From Nemertoderma westbladi (lineage: Eukaryota > Animalia > Xenacoelomorpha), in contig JAUCBJ010000505.1 in the NCBI GenBank assembly GCA_032718475.1, positions 62,001 through 126,000 on the forward strand: 64,000 nt of DNA, in the 5' to 3' direction. How positions within the stretch are numbered: position 1 is the first letter of the stretch; each line of letters begins with the position of its first letter. Under the pieces are notes generated by a model. That model had not been told where the DNA came from. It worked only from the letters and a program-made list of their open reading frames with translations, and ran no database searches. Of the stretch, positions 1-15,182 are shown in pieces. The translations under genes and the position numbers were made by a program.

Positions 1-3000
1 CACCACCCCAACCCTCACATTAACTCACTGATACGTAACACCACCCCAAGCCTCACATTAAGTCATTGATACGTAACACCACCCCAACCCTCACATTAAG
101 TCATTGATACGTAACACTACCCCAACCCTCACATTAAGTCACTGATACGTAACACCACCCCAACCCTGATACGTAACACCACCCCAACCCTCACATTAAG
201 TCACTGATACGTAACACCACCCCAACCCTCACATTAAGTCACTGATACGTAACACCACCCCAACCCTCACATTAAGTCACTGATACGTAACACCACCCCA
301 ACCCTCACATTAAGTCCTGATACGTAACACCACCCCAACCCTCACATTAAGTCACTGATACGTAACACCACCCCAACCCTCACATTAAGTCATTGATACG
401 TAACACTACCCCAACCCTCACATAAAGTCACTGATACGTAACACCACCTCAACCCTCACATTAAGTCACTGATACGTAACACCACCCCAACCCTGATACG
501 TAACACCACCCCAACCCTCACATTAAGTCACTGATACGTAACACCACCCCAACCCTCACATTAAGTCACTGATACGTAACACCACCCCAACCCTCACATT
601 AAGTCATTGATACGTAACACTACCCCAACCCTCACATTAAGTCACTGATACGTAACACCACCCCAACCCTGATACGTAACACCACCCCAACCCTCACATT
701 AAGTCACTGATACGTAACACCACCCCAACCCTCACATTAAGTCACTGATACGTAACACCACCCCAACCCTCACATTAAGTCACTGATACGTAACACCACC
801 CCAACCCTGATACGTAACACCACCCCAACCCTCACATTAAGTCACTGATACGTAACACCACCCCAACCCTCACATTAAGTCACTGATACGTAACACCACC
901 CCAACCCTCACATTAAGTCCTGATACGTAACACCACCCCAACCCTCACATTAAGTCACTGATACGTAACACCACCCCAACCCTCACATTAAGTCATTGAT
1001 ACGTAACACCACCCCAACCCTCACATTAAGTCACTGATACGTAACACCACCCCAACCCTCACATTAACTCACTGATACGTAACACCACCCCAAGCCTCAC
1101 ATTAAGTCATTGATACGTAACACCACCCCAACCCTCACATTAAGTCATTGATACGTAACACTACCCCAACCCTCACATTAAGTCACTGATACGTAACACC
1201 ACCCCAACCCTGATACGTAACACCACCCCAACCCTCACATTAAGTCACTGATACGTAACACCACCCCAACCCTCACATTAAGTCACTGATACGTAACACC
1301 ACCCCAACCCTCACATTAAGTCACTGATACGTAACACCACCCCAACCCTCACATTAAGTCCTGATACGTAACACCACCCCAACCCTCACATTAAGTCACT
1401 GATACGTAACACCACCCCAACCCTCACATTAAGTCATTGATACGTAACACTACCCCAACCCTCACATAAAGTCACTGATACGTAACACCACCTCAACCCT
1501 CACATTAAGTCACTGATACGTAACACCACCCCAACCCTGATACGTAACACCACCCCAACCCTCACATTAAGTCACTGATACGTAACACCACCCCAACCCT
1601 CACATTAAGTCACTGATACGTAACACCACCCCAACCCTCACATTAAGTCATTGATACGTAACACTACCCCAACCCTCACATTAAGTCACTGATACGTAAC
1701 ACCACCCCAACCCTGATACGTAACACCACCCCAACCCTCACATTAAGTCACTGATACGTAACACCACCCCAACCCTCACATTAAGTCACTGATACGTAAC
1801 ACCACCCCAACCCTCACATTAAGTCACTGATACGTAACACCACCCCAACCCTGATACGTAACACCACCCCAACCCTCACATTAAGTCACTGATACGTAAC
1901 ACCACCCCAACCCTCACATTAAGTCACTGATACGTAACACCACCCCAACCCTCACATTAAGTCCTGATACGTAACACCACCCCAACCCTCACATTAAGTC
2001 ACTGATACGTAACACCACCCCAACCCTCACATTAAGTCATTGATACGTAACACTACCCCAACCCTCACATTAAGTCACTGATACGTAACACCACCCCAAC
2101 CCTCACATTAAGTCACTGATACGTAACACCACCCCAACCCTCACATTAAGTCCTGATACGTAACACCACCCCAACCCTCACATTAAGTCACTGATACGTA
2201 ACACCACCCCAACCCTCACATTAAGTCACTGATACGTAACACCACCCCAACCCTCACATTAAGTCATTGATACGTAACACCACCCCAACCCTCACATTAA
2301 GTCACTGATACGTAACACCACCCCAACCCTCACATTAAGTCATTGATACGTAACACCACCCCAACCCTCACATTAAATCACTGATACGTAACACCACCCC
2401 AACCCTGATACGTCACACCACCCCAACCCTCACATTAAGTCACTGATACGTAACACCACCCCAACCCTCACATTAAGTCCTGATACGTAACATCACCCCA
2501 ACCCTCACATTAAGTCACTGATACGTAACACCACCCCAACCCTTACATTAAGTCACTGATACGTAACACCACCCCAACCCTCACATTAAGTCATAGATAC
2601 GTAACACTACCCCAACCCTCACATTAAGTCACTGATACGTAACACCACCTCAACCCTCACATTTTAAGTCACTGATACGTAACACCACCCCAACCCTCAC
2701 ATTAAGTCACTGATACGTAACACCACCCCAACCCTCACATTAAGTCACTGATACGTAACACCACCCCAACCCTCACATAAGTCACTGATACGTAACACCA
2801 CCCCAACCCTCACATTAAGTCACTGATACGTAACACCACCCCAACCCTCACATTAAGTCCTCATACGTAACACCATCACAACCCTCACATTAAGTCACTG
2901 ATACGTAACACCACCCCAACCCTCACATTAAGTCATTGATACGTAACACCACCCCAACCCTCACAATTAAGTCACTGATACGTAACACCACCCCAACCCT

Positions 3001-6000
3001 CACATTAAGTCACTGATACGTAACACCACCCCAACCCTCACATTAAGTCATTGATACGTAACACCACCCCAACCCTCACATTAAGTCACTGATACGTAAC
3101 ACCACCACAACCCTCACATTAAGTCACTGATACGTAACACCACCACAACCCTGACATTAAGTCACTGATACGTAACACCACCCCAACCCTCACATTAAGT
3201 CACTGATACGTAACACCACCCCAACCCTCACATTAAGTCACTGATACGTAACACCACCTCAACCCTCACATTTTAAGTCACTGATACGTAACACCACCCC
3301 AACCCTCACATTAAGTCACTGATACGTAACACCACCCCAACCCTCACATTAAGTCACTGATACGTAACACCACCCCAACCCTCACATAAGTCACTGATAC
3401 GTAACACCACCCCAACCCTCACATTAAGTCACTGATACGTAACACCACCCCAACCCTCACATTAAGTCCTCATACGTAACACCATCACAACCCTCACATT
3501 AAGTCACTGATACGTAACACCACCCCAACCCTCACATTAAGTCATTGATACGTAACACCACCCCAACCCTCACATTTAAGTCACTGATACGTAACACCAC
3601 CCCAACCCTCACATTAAGTCACTGATACGTAACACCACCCCAACCCTCACATTAAGTCATTGATACGTAACACCACCCCAACCCTCACATTAAGTCACTG
3701 ATACGTAACACCACCACAACCCTCACATTAAGTCACTGATACGTAACACCACCACAACCCTGACATTAAGTCACTGATACGTAACACCACCCCAACCCTC
3801 ACATTAAGTCACTGATACGTAACACCACCCCAACCCTCACATTAAGTCACTGATACGTAACACCACCCCAACCCTCACATTAAGTCACTGATACGTAACA
3901 CCACCCCAACCCTCACATTAAGTCACTGATACGTAACACCAGCACAACCCTCACATTAAGTCACTGATACGTAACACCACCCCAACCCTCACATTAAGTC
4001 ACTGATACGTAACACCACCCCAACCCTCACATAAGTCACTGATACGTAACACCACCCCAACCCTCACATTAAGTCACTGATACGTAACACCATCACAACC
4101 CTCACATTAAGTCACTGATACGTAACACCACCCCAACCCTCACATTAAGTCACTGATACGTAACACCACCCCAACCCTCACATTAAGTCATTGATACGTA
4201 ACACCACCCCAACCCTCACATTAAGTCACTGATACGTAACACCACCCCAACCCTCACATTAAGTCCTGATACGTAACACCATCACAACCCTCACATTAAG
4301 TCACTGATACGTAACACCATCACAACCCTCACATTAAGTCACTGATACGTAACACCACCCCAACCCTCACATTAAGTCCTGATACGTAACACCATCACAA
4401 CCCTCACATTAAGTCACTGATACGTAACACCACCCCAACCCTCACATTAAGTCACTGATACGTAACACCACCCCAACCCTCACATTAAGTCACTGATACG
4501 TAACACCACCCCAACCCTCACATTAAGTCACTGATACGTAACACCACCCCAACCCTCACATTAAGTCATTGATACGTAACACCACCCCAACCCTCACATT
4601 AAGTCACTGATACGTAACACCACCCCAACCCTCACATTAACTCACTGATACGTAACACCACCCCAAGCCTCACATTAAGTCATTGATACGTAACACCACC
4701 CCAACCCTCACATTAAGTCATTGATACGTAACACTACCCCAACCCTCACATTAAGTCACTGATACGTAACACCACCCCAACCCTGATACGTAACACCACC
4801 CCAACCCTCACATTAAGTCACTGATACGTAACACCACCCCAACCCTCACATTAAGTCACTGATACGTAACACCACCCCAACCCTCACATTAAGTCACTGA
4901 TACGTAACACCACCCCAACCCTCACATTAAGTCCTGATACGTAACACCACCCCAACCCTCACATTAAGTCACTGATACGTAACACCACCCCAACCCTCAC
5001 ATTAAGTCATTGATACGTAACACTACCCCAACCCTCACATAAAGTCACTGATACGTAACACCACCTCAACCCTCACATTAAGTCACTGATACGTAACACC
5101 ACCCCAACCCTGATACGTAACACCACCCCAACCCTCACATTAAGTCACTGATACGTAACACCACCCCAACCCTCACATTAAGTCACTGATACGTAACACC
5201 ACCCCAACCCTCACATTAAGTCATTGATACGTAACACTACCCCAACCCTCACATTAAGTCACTGATACGTAACACCACCCCAACCCTGATACGTAACACC
5301 ACCCCAACCCTCACATTAAGTCACTGATACGTAACACCACCCCAACCCTCACATTAAGTCACTGATACGTAACACCACCCCAACCCTCACATTAAGTCAC
5401 TGATACGTAACACCACCCCAACCCTGATACGTAACACCACCCCAACCCTCACATTAAGTCACTGATACGTAACACCACCCCAACCCTCACATTAAGTCAC
5501 TGATACGTAACACCACCCCAACCCTCACATTAAGTCCTGATACGTAACACCACCCCAACCCTCACATTAAGTCACTGATACGTAACACCACCCCAACCCT
5601 CACATTAAGTCATTGATACGTAACACCACCCCAACCCTCACATTAAGTCACTGATACGTAACACCACCCCAACCCTCACATTAACTCACTGATACGTAAC
5701 ACCACCCCAAGCCTCACATTAAGTCATTGATACGTAACACCACCCCAACCCTCACATTAAGTCATTGATACGTAACACTACCCCAACCCTCACATTAAGT
5801 CACTGATACGTAACACCACCCCAACCCTGATACGTAACACCACCCCAACCCTCACATTAAGTCACTGATACGTAACACCACCCCAACCCTCACATTAAGT
5901 CACTGATACGTAACACCACCCCAACCCTCACATTAAGTCACTGATACGTAACACCACCCCAACCCTCACATTAAGTCCTGATACGTAACACCACCCCAAC

Positions 6001-8100
6001 CCTCACATTAAGTCACTGATACGTAACACCACCCCAACCCTCACATTAAGTCATTGATACGTAACACTACCCCAACCCTCACATAAAGTCACTGATACGT
6101 AACACCACCTCAACCCTCACATTAAGTCACTGATACGTAACACCACCCCAACCCTGATACGTAACACCACCCCAACCCTCACATTAAGTCACTGATACGT
6201 AACACCACCCCAACCCTCACATTAAGTCACTGATACGTAACACCACCCCAACCCTCACATTAAGTCATTGATACGTAACACTACCCCAACCCTCACATTA
6301 AGTCACTGATACGTAACACCACCCCAACCCTGATACGTAACACCACCCCAACCCTCACATTAAGTCACTGATACGTAACACCACCCCAACCCTCACATTA
6401 AGTCACTGATACGTAACACCACCCCAACCCTCACATTAAGTCACTGATACGTAACACCACCCCAACCCTGATACGTAACACCACCCCAACCCTCACATTA
6501 AGTCACTGATACGTAACACCACCCCAACCCTCACATTAAGTCACTGATACGTAACACCACCCCAACCCTCACATTAAGTCCTGATACGTAACACCACCCC
6601 AACCCTCACATTAAGTCACTGATACGTAACACCACCCCAACCCTCACATTAAGTCATTGATACGTAACACTACCCCAACCCTCACATTAAGTCACTGATA
6701 CGTAACACCACCCCAACCCTCACATTAAGTCACTGATACGTAACACCACCCCAACCCTCACATTAAGTCCTGATACGTAACACCACCCCAACCCTCACAT
6801 TAAGTCACTGATACGTAACACCACCCCAACCCTCACATTAAGTCACTGATACGTAACACCACCCCAACCCTCACATTAAGTCATTGATACGTAACACCAC
6901 CCCAACCCTCACATTAAGTCACTGATACGTAACACCACCCCAACCCTCACATTAAGTCATTGATACGTAACACCACCCCAACCCTCACATTAAATCACTG
7001 ATACGTAACACCACCCCAACCCTGATACGTCACACCACCCCAACCCTCACATTAAGTCACTGATACGTAACACCACCCCAACCCTCACATTAAGTCCTGA
7101 TACGTAACATCACCCCAACCCTCACATTAAGTCACTGATACGTAACACCACCCCAACCCTCACATTAAGTCACTGATACGTAACACCACCCCAACCCTCA
7201 CATTAAGTCATAGATACGTAACACCACCCCAACCCTCACATTAAGTCACTGATACGTAACACCACCCCAACCCTCACATTTAAGTCACTGATACGTAACA
7301 CCACCCCAACCCTCACATTAAGTCACTGATACGTAACACCACCCCAACCCTCACATTAAGTCACTGATACGTAACACCACCCCAACCCTGATACGTCACA
7401 CCACCCCAACCCTCACATTAAGTCACTGATACGTAACACCACCCCAACCCTCACATTAAGTCCTGATACGTAACATCACCCCAACCCTCACATTAAGTCA
7501 CTGATACGTAACACCACCCCAACCCTCACATTAAGTCACTGATACGTAACACCACCCCAACCCTCACATTAAGTCATTGATACGTAAAACCACCCCAACC
7601 CTCACATTAAATCACTGATACGTAACACCACCCCAACCCTGATACGTCACACCACCCCAACCCTCACATTAAGTCATTGATACGTAACACTACCCCAACC
7701 CTCACATTAAGTCACTGATACGTAACACCACCCCAACCCTGATACGTCACACCACCCCAACCCTCACATTATGTCATTGATACGTAACACTACCCCAACC
7801 CTCACATTAAGTCACTGATACGTAACACCACCCCAACCCTGATACGTAACACTACCCCAACCTTCACATTAAGTCACTGATACGTAACACCACCCCAACC
7901 CTCACATTAAGTCACTGATACGTAACACCACCCCAACCCTCACATTAAGTCACTGATACGTAACACCACCCCAACCCTCACATTAAGTCACTGATACGTA
8001 ACACCACCCCAACCCTCACATTAAGTCACTGATACGTAACACCACCCCAACCCTCACATTAAGTCACTGATACGTAACACCACCCCAACCCTCACATTAA
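1..8100. repeat. 38-bp tandem satellite (CACCACCCCAACCCTCACATTAAGTCACTGATACGTAA), >200 copies, runs off the left edge
   Basis: Direct tandem repetition, with recurrent 24-bp deletion monomers (CACCACCCCAACCCTGATACGTAA) and point variants. The array ends abruptly at TTAA 8097-8100. Confidence 0.99.
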
Positions 8101-8973
8101 GGCGGTCATAATGGGAAATTATCGTAATTCCCGTCACCATGGAAACGGGATTGAAAAAAAATTTAAATCTAAAATATTTTGATAGACTTTTTTTATTCCC
8201 TTTACACATATACCAAATCTCAAGAACAGAATCCCTTGTCGTCTTGAATTACAGGCGCACGAAATTGGAACATTGCACCCGGTTACCTTGGCAACTACAA
8301 GATAACAATTCTAGAAAGACATTTTAAAACAATTCTATGAACCCTAGTCATCATATCCACCTAACCAAAGTAGCATATAAGAAGTCTAAGGAAATATTAT
8401 GAAAATAGTGCCATAAATAGGTCGGCTCACGCTAATTTCAGCAATCCGCTCGCTGCCTGACCCGTTATTTAGTATACCTTGGGTATGGCCCATACTACTA
8501 CTACTAGGTCGAGCGAACTCGGACAGTGGAAATGAGATCCTTCCAGGCTTCCCGATTCTCCATAGTTGTCGCAATTTCGTTTCTCCAAAGGCTCCCAAAT
8601 ATGGCCCATAGAGAGCAGTTTCGAAACCCCAACTTTTATCTAATGTAGTTTTGCTACAAATAGAGTCATTAAAATAGACTTGAATGGTCAATAAAATGTT
8701 ATTTAAAAATCACAATGGTTGCATTGTTCATTGAAGTATAATCAAAAGATTGTTTTACTTTAATTTAATACTATTAATAATTTTTGAAACACTCATTATT
8801 TTATGGTTTACAAAGCAAATAAATACCACCACCGTTATAAAAAATATACACTTCCGAGGCAATCATATAACAAGTCTACACTGTCTATTAATACGAAACA
8901 TAAAAATTAATATACAATAGATATTACATACGTATTACAAACTACTAAAAAACTCAACAATATTATCACCATA

Positions 8974-11900
8974 GAATGGGCCGTGTCCACTTGTTTGCCC
9001 CCTAATAATCGATGGAATGGGCCGTGTCCACTTGTTTGCCCCCTAATGATCGATGGAATGGGCCGTGTCCACTTGTCTGCCCCCTAATGATCGATGGAAT
9101 GGGCCGTGTCCACTTGTCCGCCCCCTAATAATCGATGGAATGGGCCGTGTCCACTTGTCCGCCCCCTAATGATCGATGGAATGGGCCGTGTCCACTTGTC
9201 CGCCCCCTAATGATCGATGGAATGGGCCGTGTCCACTTGTTTGCCCCCTAATGATCGATGGAATGGGCCGTGTCCACTTGTCCGCCCCCTAATGATCGAT
9301 GGAATGGGCCGTGTCCACTTGTTTGCCCCCTAATGATCGATGGAATGGGCCGTGTCCACTTGTCCGCCCCCTAATAATCGATGGAATGGGCCGTGTCCAC
9401 TTGTTTGCCCCCTAATGATCGATGGAATGGGCCGTGTCCACTTGTCCGCCCCCTAATGATCGATGGAATGGGCCGTGTCCACTTGTCCGCCCCCTAATGA
9501 TCGATGGAATGGGCCGTGTCCACTTGTCCGCCCCCTAATAATCGATGGAATGGGCCGTGTCCACTTGTTTGCCCCCTAATGATCGATGGAATGGGCCGTG
9601 TCCACTTGTCTGCCCCCTAATGATCGATGGAATGGACCGTGTCCACTTGTTTGCCCCCTAATGATCGATGGAATGGGCCGTGTCCACTTGTCCGCCCCCT
9701 AATAATCGATGGAATGGGCCGTGTCCACTTGTTTGCCCCCTAATGATCGATGGAATGGGCCGTGTCCACTTGTCCGCCCCCTAATGATCGATGGAATGGG
9801 CCGTGTCCACTTGTCCGCCCCCTAATGATCGATGGAATGGGCCGTGTCCACTTGTCCGCCCCCTAATAATCGATGGAATGGGCCGTGTCCACTTGTCCGC
9901 CCCCTAATGATCGATGGAATGGGCCGTGTCCACTTGTCTGCCCCCTAATGATCGATGGAATGGGCCGTGTCCACTTGTCCGCCCCCTAATGATCGATGGA
10001 ATGGGCCGTGTCCACTTGTCCGCCCCCTAATGATCGATGGAATGGGCCGTGTCCACTTGTCCGCCCCCTAATGATCGATGGAATGGGCCGTGTCCACTTG
10101 TCCGCCCCCTAATGATCGATGGAATGGGCCGTGTCCACTTGTCCGCCCCCTAATGATCGATGGAATGGGCCGTGTCCACTTGTCCGCCCCCTAATGATCG
10201 ATGGAATGGGCCGTGTCCACTTGTCCGCCCCCTAATGATCGATGGAATGGGCCGTGTCCACTTGTCCGCCCCCTAATGATCGATGGAATGGGCCGTGTCC
10301 ACTTGTCCGCCCCCTAATGATCGATGGAATGGGCCGTGTCCACTTGTCCGCCCCCTAATGATCGATGGAATGGGCCGTGTCCACTTGTCCGCCCCCTAAT
10401 GATCGATGGAATGGGCCGTGTCCACTTGTCCGCCCCCTAATGATCGATGGAATGGGCCGTGTCCACTTGTCCGCCCCCTAATGATCGATGGAATGGGCCG
10501 TGTCCACTTGTCCGCCCCCTAATGATCGATGGAATGGGCCGTGTCCACTTGTCCGCCCCCTAATGATCGATGGAATGGGCCGTGTCCACTTGTCCGCCCC
10601 CTAATGATCGATGGAATGGGCCGTGTCCACTTGTCCGCCCCCTAATGATCGATGGAATGGGCCGTGTCCACTTGTCCGCCCCCTAATGATCGATGGAATG
10701 GGCCGTGTCCACTTGTCCGCCCCCTAATGATCGATGGAATGGGCCGTGTCCACTTGTCCGCCCCCTAATGATCGATGGAATGGGCCGTGTCCACTTGTCC
10801 GCCCCCTAATGATCGATGGAATGGGCCGTGTCCACTTGTCCGCCCCCTAATGATCGATGGAATGGGCCGTGTCCACTTGTCCGCCCCCTAATGATCGATG
10901 GAATGGGCCGTGTCCACTTGTCCGCCCCCTAATGATCGATGGAATGGGCCGTGTCCACTTGTCCGCCCCCTAATGATCGATGGAATGGGCCGTGTCCACT
11001 TGTCCGCCCCCTAATGATCGATGGAATGGGCCGTGTCCACTTGTCCGCCCCCTAATGATCGATGGAATGGGCCGTGTCCACTTGTCCGCCCCCTAATGAT
11101 CGATGGAATGGGCCGTGTCCACTTGTCCGCCCCCTAATGATCGATGGAATGGGCCGTGTCCACTTGTCCGCCCCCTAATGATCGATGGAATGGGCCGTGT
11201 CCACTTGTCCGCCCCCTAATGATCGATGGAATGGGCCGTGTCCACTTGTCCGCCCCCTAATGATCGATGGAATGGGCCGTGTCCACTTGTCTGCCCCCTA
11301 GTGATCGATGGAATGGGCCGTGTCCACTTGTCCGCCCCCTAATGATCGATGGAATGGGCCGTGTCCACTTGTCCGCCCCCTAATGATCGATGGAATGGGC
11401 CGTGTCCACTTGTCCGCCCCCTAATGATCGATGGAATGGGCCGTGTCCACTTGTCCGCCCCCTAATGATCGATGGAATGGGCCGTGTCCACTTGTCCGCC
11501 CCCTAATGATCGATGGAATGGGCCGTGTCCACTTGTCCGCCCCCTAATGATCGATGGAATGGGCCGTGTCCACTTGTCCGCCCCCTAATGATCGATGGAA
11601 TGGGCCGTGTCCACTTGTCCGCCCCCTAATGATCGATGGAATGGGCCGTGTCCACTTGTCCGCCCCCTAATGATCGATGGAATGGGCCGTGTCCACTTGT
11701 CCGCCCCCTAATGATCGATGGAATGGGCCGTGTCCACTTGTCCGCCCCCTAATGATCGATGGAATGGGCCGTGTCCACTTGTCCGCCCCCTAATGATCGA
11801 TGGAATGGGCCGTGTCCACTTGTCCGCCCCCTAATAATCGATGGAATGGGCCGTGTCCACTTGTCTGCCCCCTAATGATCGATGGAATGGGCCGTGTCCA

Positions 11901-14022
11901 CTTGTCCGCCCCCTAATGATCGATGGAATGGGCCGTGTCCACTTGTCCGCCCCCTAATGATCGATGGAATGGGCCGTGTCCACTTGTCCGCCCCCTAATA
12001 ATCGATGGAATGGGCCGTGTCCACTTGTCCGCCCCCTAATGATCGATGGAATGGGCCGTGTCCACTTGTCCGCCCCCTAATAATCGATGGAATGGGCCGT
12101 GTCCACTTGTCCGCCCCCTAATGATCGATGGAATGGGCCGTGTCCACTTGTCCGCCCCCTAATGATCGATGGAATGGGCCGTGTCCACTTGTCTGCCCCC
12201 TAATGATCGATGGAATGGGCCGTGTCCACTTGTCTGCCCCCTAATGATCGATGGAATGGGCCGTGTCCACTTGTCCGCCCCCTAATGATCGATGGAATGG
12301 GCCGTGTCCACTTGTCCGCCCCCTAATGATCGATGGAATGGGCCGTGTCCACTTGTCCGCCCCCTAATGATCGATGGAATGGGCCGTGTCCACTTGTCCG
12401 CCCCCTAATGATCGATGGAATGGGCCGTGTCCACTTGTCCGCCCCCTAATAATCGATGGAATGGGCCGTGTCCACTTGTCCGCCCCCTAATGATCGATGG
12501 AATGGGCCGTGTCCACTTGTCCGCCCCCTAATAATCGATGGAATGGGCCGTGTCCACTTGTCCGCCCCCTAATGATCAATGGAATGGGCCGTGTCCACTT
12601 GTCTGCCTTCTAGTGATCGATGGAATGGGCCGTGTCCACTTGTCCGCCCCCTAATGATCGATGGAATGGGCCGTGTCCACTTGTCCTCCCCCTAATGATC
12701 GATGGAATGGGCCGTGTCCACTTGTCCGTCCCCTAATAATCGATGGAATGGGCCGTGTCCACTTGTCTGCCCCCTAATGATCGATGGAATGGGCCGTGTC
12801 CACTTGTCCTCCCCCTAATGATCGATGGAATGGGCCGTGTCCACTTGTCCGTCCCCTAATAATCGATGGAATGGGCCGTGTCCACTTGTCCTCCCCCTAA
12901 TGATCGATGGAATGGGCCGTGTCCACTTGTCCGTCCCCTAATGATCGATGGAATGGGCCGTGTCCACTTGTCCGCCCCCTAATGATCGATGGAATGGGCC
13001 GTGTCCACTTGTCCGCCCCCTAATAATCGATGGAATGGGCCGTGTCCACTTGTCCGCCCCCTAATGATCGATGGAATGGGCCGTGTCCACTTGTCCGCCC
13101 CCTAATAATCGATGGAATGGGCCGTGTCCACTTGTCCGCCCCCTAATGATCGATGGAATGGGCCGTGTCCACTTGTCCGCCCCCTAATAATCGATGGAAT
13201 GGGCCGTGTCCACTTGTCCGCCCCCTAATGATCGATGGAATGGGCCGTGTCCACTTGTCCGCCCCCTAATGATCGATGGAATGGGCCGTGTCCACTTGTC
13301 TGCCCCCTAATGATCGATGGAATGGGCCGTGTCCACTTGTCCGCCCCCTAATGATCGATGGAATGGGCCGTGTCCACTTGTCTGCCCCCTAATGATCGAT
13401 GGAATGGGCCGTGTCCACTTGTCTGCCCCCTAATGATCGATGGAATGGGCCGTGTCCACTTGTCCGCCCCCTAATGATCGATGGAATGGGCCGTGTCCAC
13501 TTGTCTGCCCCCTAATGATCGATGGAATGGGCCGTGTCCACTTGTCCGCCCCCTAATGATCGATGGAATGGGCCGTGTCCACTTGTCCGCCCCCTAATGA
13601 TCGATGGAATGGGCCGTGTCCACTTGTCTGCCCCCTAATGATCGATGGAATGGGCCGTGTCCACTTGTCTGCCCCCTAATGATCGATGGAATGGGCCGTG
13701 TCCACTTGTCCGCCCCCTAATGATCGATGGAATGGGCCGTGTCCACTTGTCTGCCCCCTAATGATCGATGGAATGGGCCGTGTCCACTTGTCCGCCCCCT
13801 AATGATCGATGGAATGGGCCGTGTCCACTTGTCTGCCCCCTAATGATCGATGGAATGGGCCGTGTCCACTTGTCCGCCCCCTAATGATCGATGGAATGGG
13901 CCGTGTCCACTTGTCCGCCCCCTAATGATCGATGGAATGGGCCGTGTCCACTTGTCCGCCCCCTAATAATCGATGGAATGGGCCGTGTCCACTTGTCTGC
14001 CCCCTAATGATCGATGGAATGG
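8974..14022. repeat. 41-bp tandem satellite (GATGGAATGGGCCGTGTCCACTTGTCCGCCCCCTAATGATC), about 123 copies
   Basis: Period 41 (CCGTGTCCAC at 10211 and 10621 = 10 units). The centre is homogeneous and variants concentrate at the edges. Confidence 0.99.
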
Positions 14023-14366
14023 ACAGGGTTCATCATGGACAGACAAACCAGTTGAATTACAAATAATTAATGCATTAAGGAATGTATAATACATTATAGT
14101 ATTCTAATAAGCACAATGTTGGTAGTGCGATGTAGTTCGATCAATTAATTGTTCACCAAAATTATACAACATTATTTAAAAGAAAGACAACAAGGACCTA
14201 CAATATTGAACGCTCTGTATTACCAAACCCTGAACGAACCCGAATCAATGAAATATTAATTTATGAATCATGACGTAGTTAGGTTCTATACCCACAATAT
14301 TCCGGTAGATATTGCATTTTACCTGGTATGTAAGTGGAAGTATATTGAATGTTTGACTTAGAAAAG

Positions 14367-14536
14367 AAGTCGTACGAACGACTTACTAAGTCGTACGAAC
14401 GACTCACTAAGTCGTACGAACGACTTACTAAGTCGTACGAACGACTTACTAAGTCGTACGAACGACTTACTAAGTCGTACGAACGACTTACTAAGTCGTA
14501 CGAACGACTTACTAAGTCGTGCGAACGACTCACTAA
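14367..14536. repeat. 21-bp minisatellite x8; each unit is a hairpin (TAAGTCGT-ACGA-ACGACTTA)
   Basis: Tandem AAGTCGTACGAACGACTTACT; TAAGTCGT and ACGACTTA are reverse complements. Confidence 0.95.
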
Positions 14537-15182
14537 TTGGCAGTGGAGATATGCAGTATGATGTGCCTTAAATATAATAGATGTGCCTTTATAAATATAA
14601 ATTAGTATAAAAATCTATCGAAAGTCCCGGTAGACCACAATATTAATGGTACATTCTGTAACGAATTGGCCAACTGAAAAAATATGAATAAAAACATTGA
14701 GAGTCTAAATAATAATGATGACAGTGGTTGTTTCTTTCAGGAACACTGTAAAGTACTTCTCAACAAGTATGAATTAAGTTTTATTACATAAATGTAACAT
14801 TACGAAACAACTACAGGTGAAAATAAAATATTTGTTTGGGAAACTATTATTGTAAAAAATAATGTTAATATTTAAGGTGGAATTTCTCAAATGTTATACT
14901 TGATTATAATAATTGATAAACATTAAAATAAGCCAGTTCGCACCAAATCCATCGATAATGGCATTATGACTGTGGTGCGTTACCTACAATAGCTACCTGC
15001 GCTAGTCAGCAATGCGGCCAGTGGGAGTGTAGAGTGACGTAGGCAGCTATACGGGATGACCGATTCAACATAACCATTATAATAGCGGCCATGTTACGCA
15101 AACGGGTAGGTTTTTTTTACATAAAACTATAGCAACTGAAAACTAAAGATATAAACTATTCAACTATCAGCACTACTTAAAT

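Noticed and set aside
14279-14561. ORFs with SRSYDLV / KSYERLT heptads resembling a coiled coil
   Set aside because: Translation of the 21-bp hairpin minisatellite on both strands.
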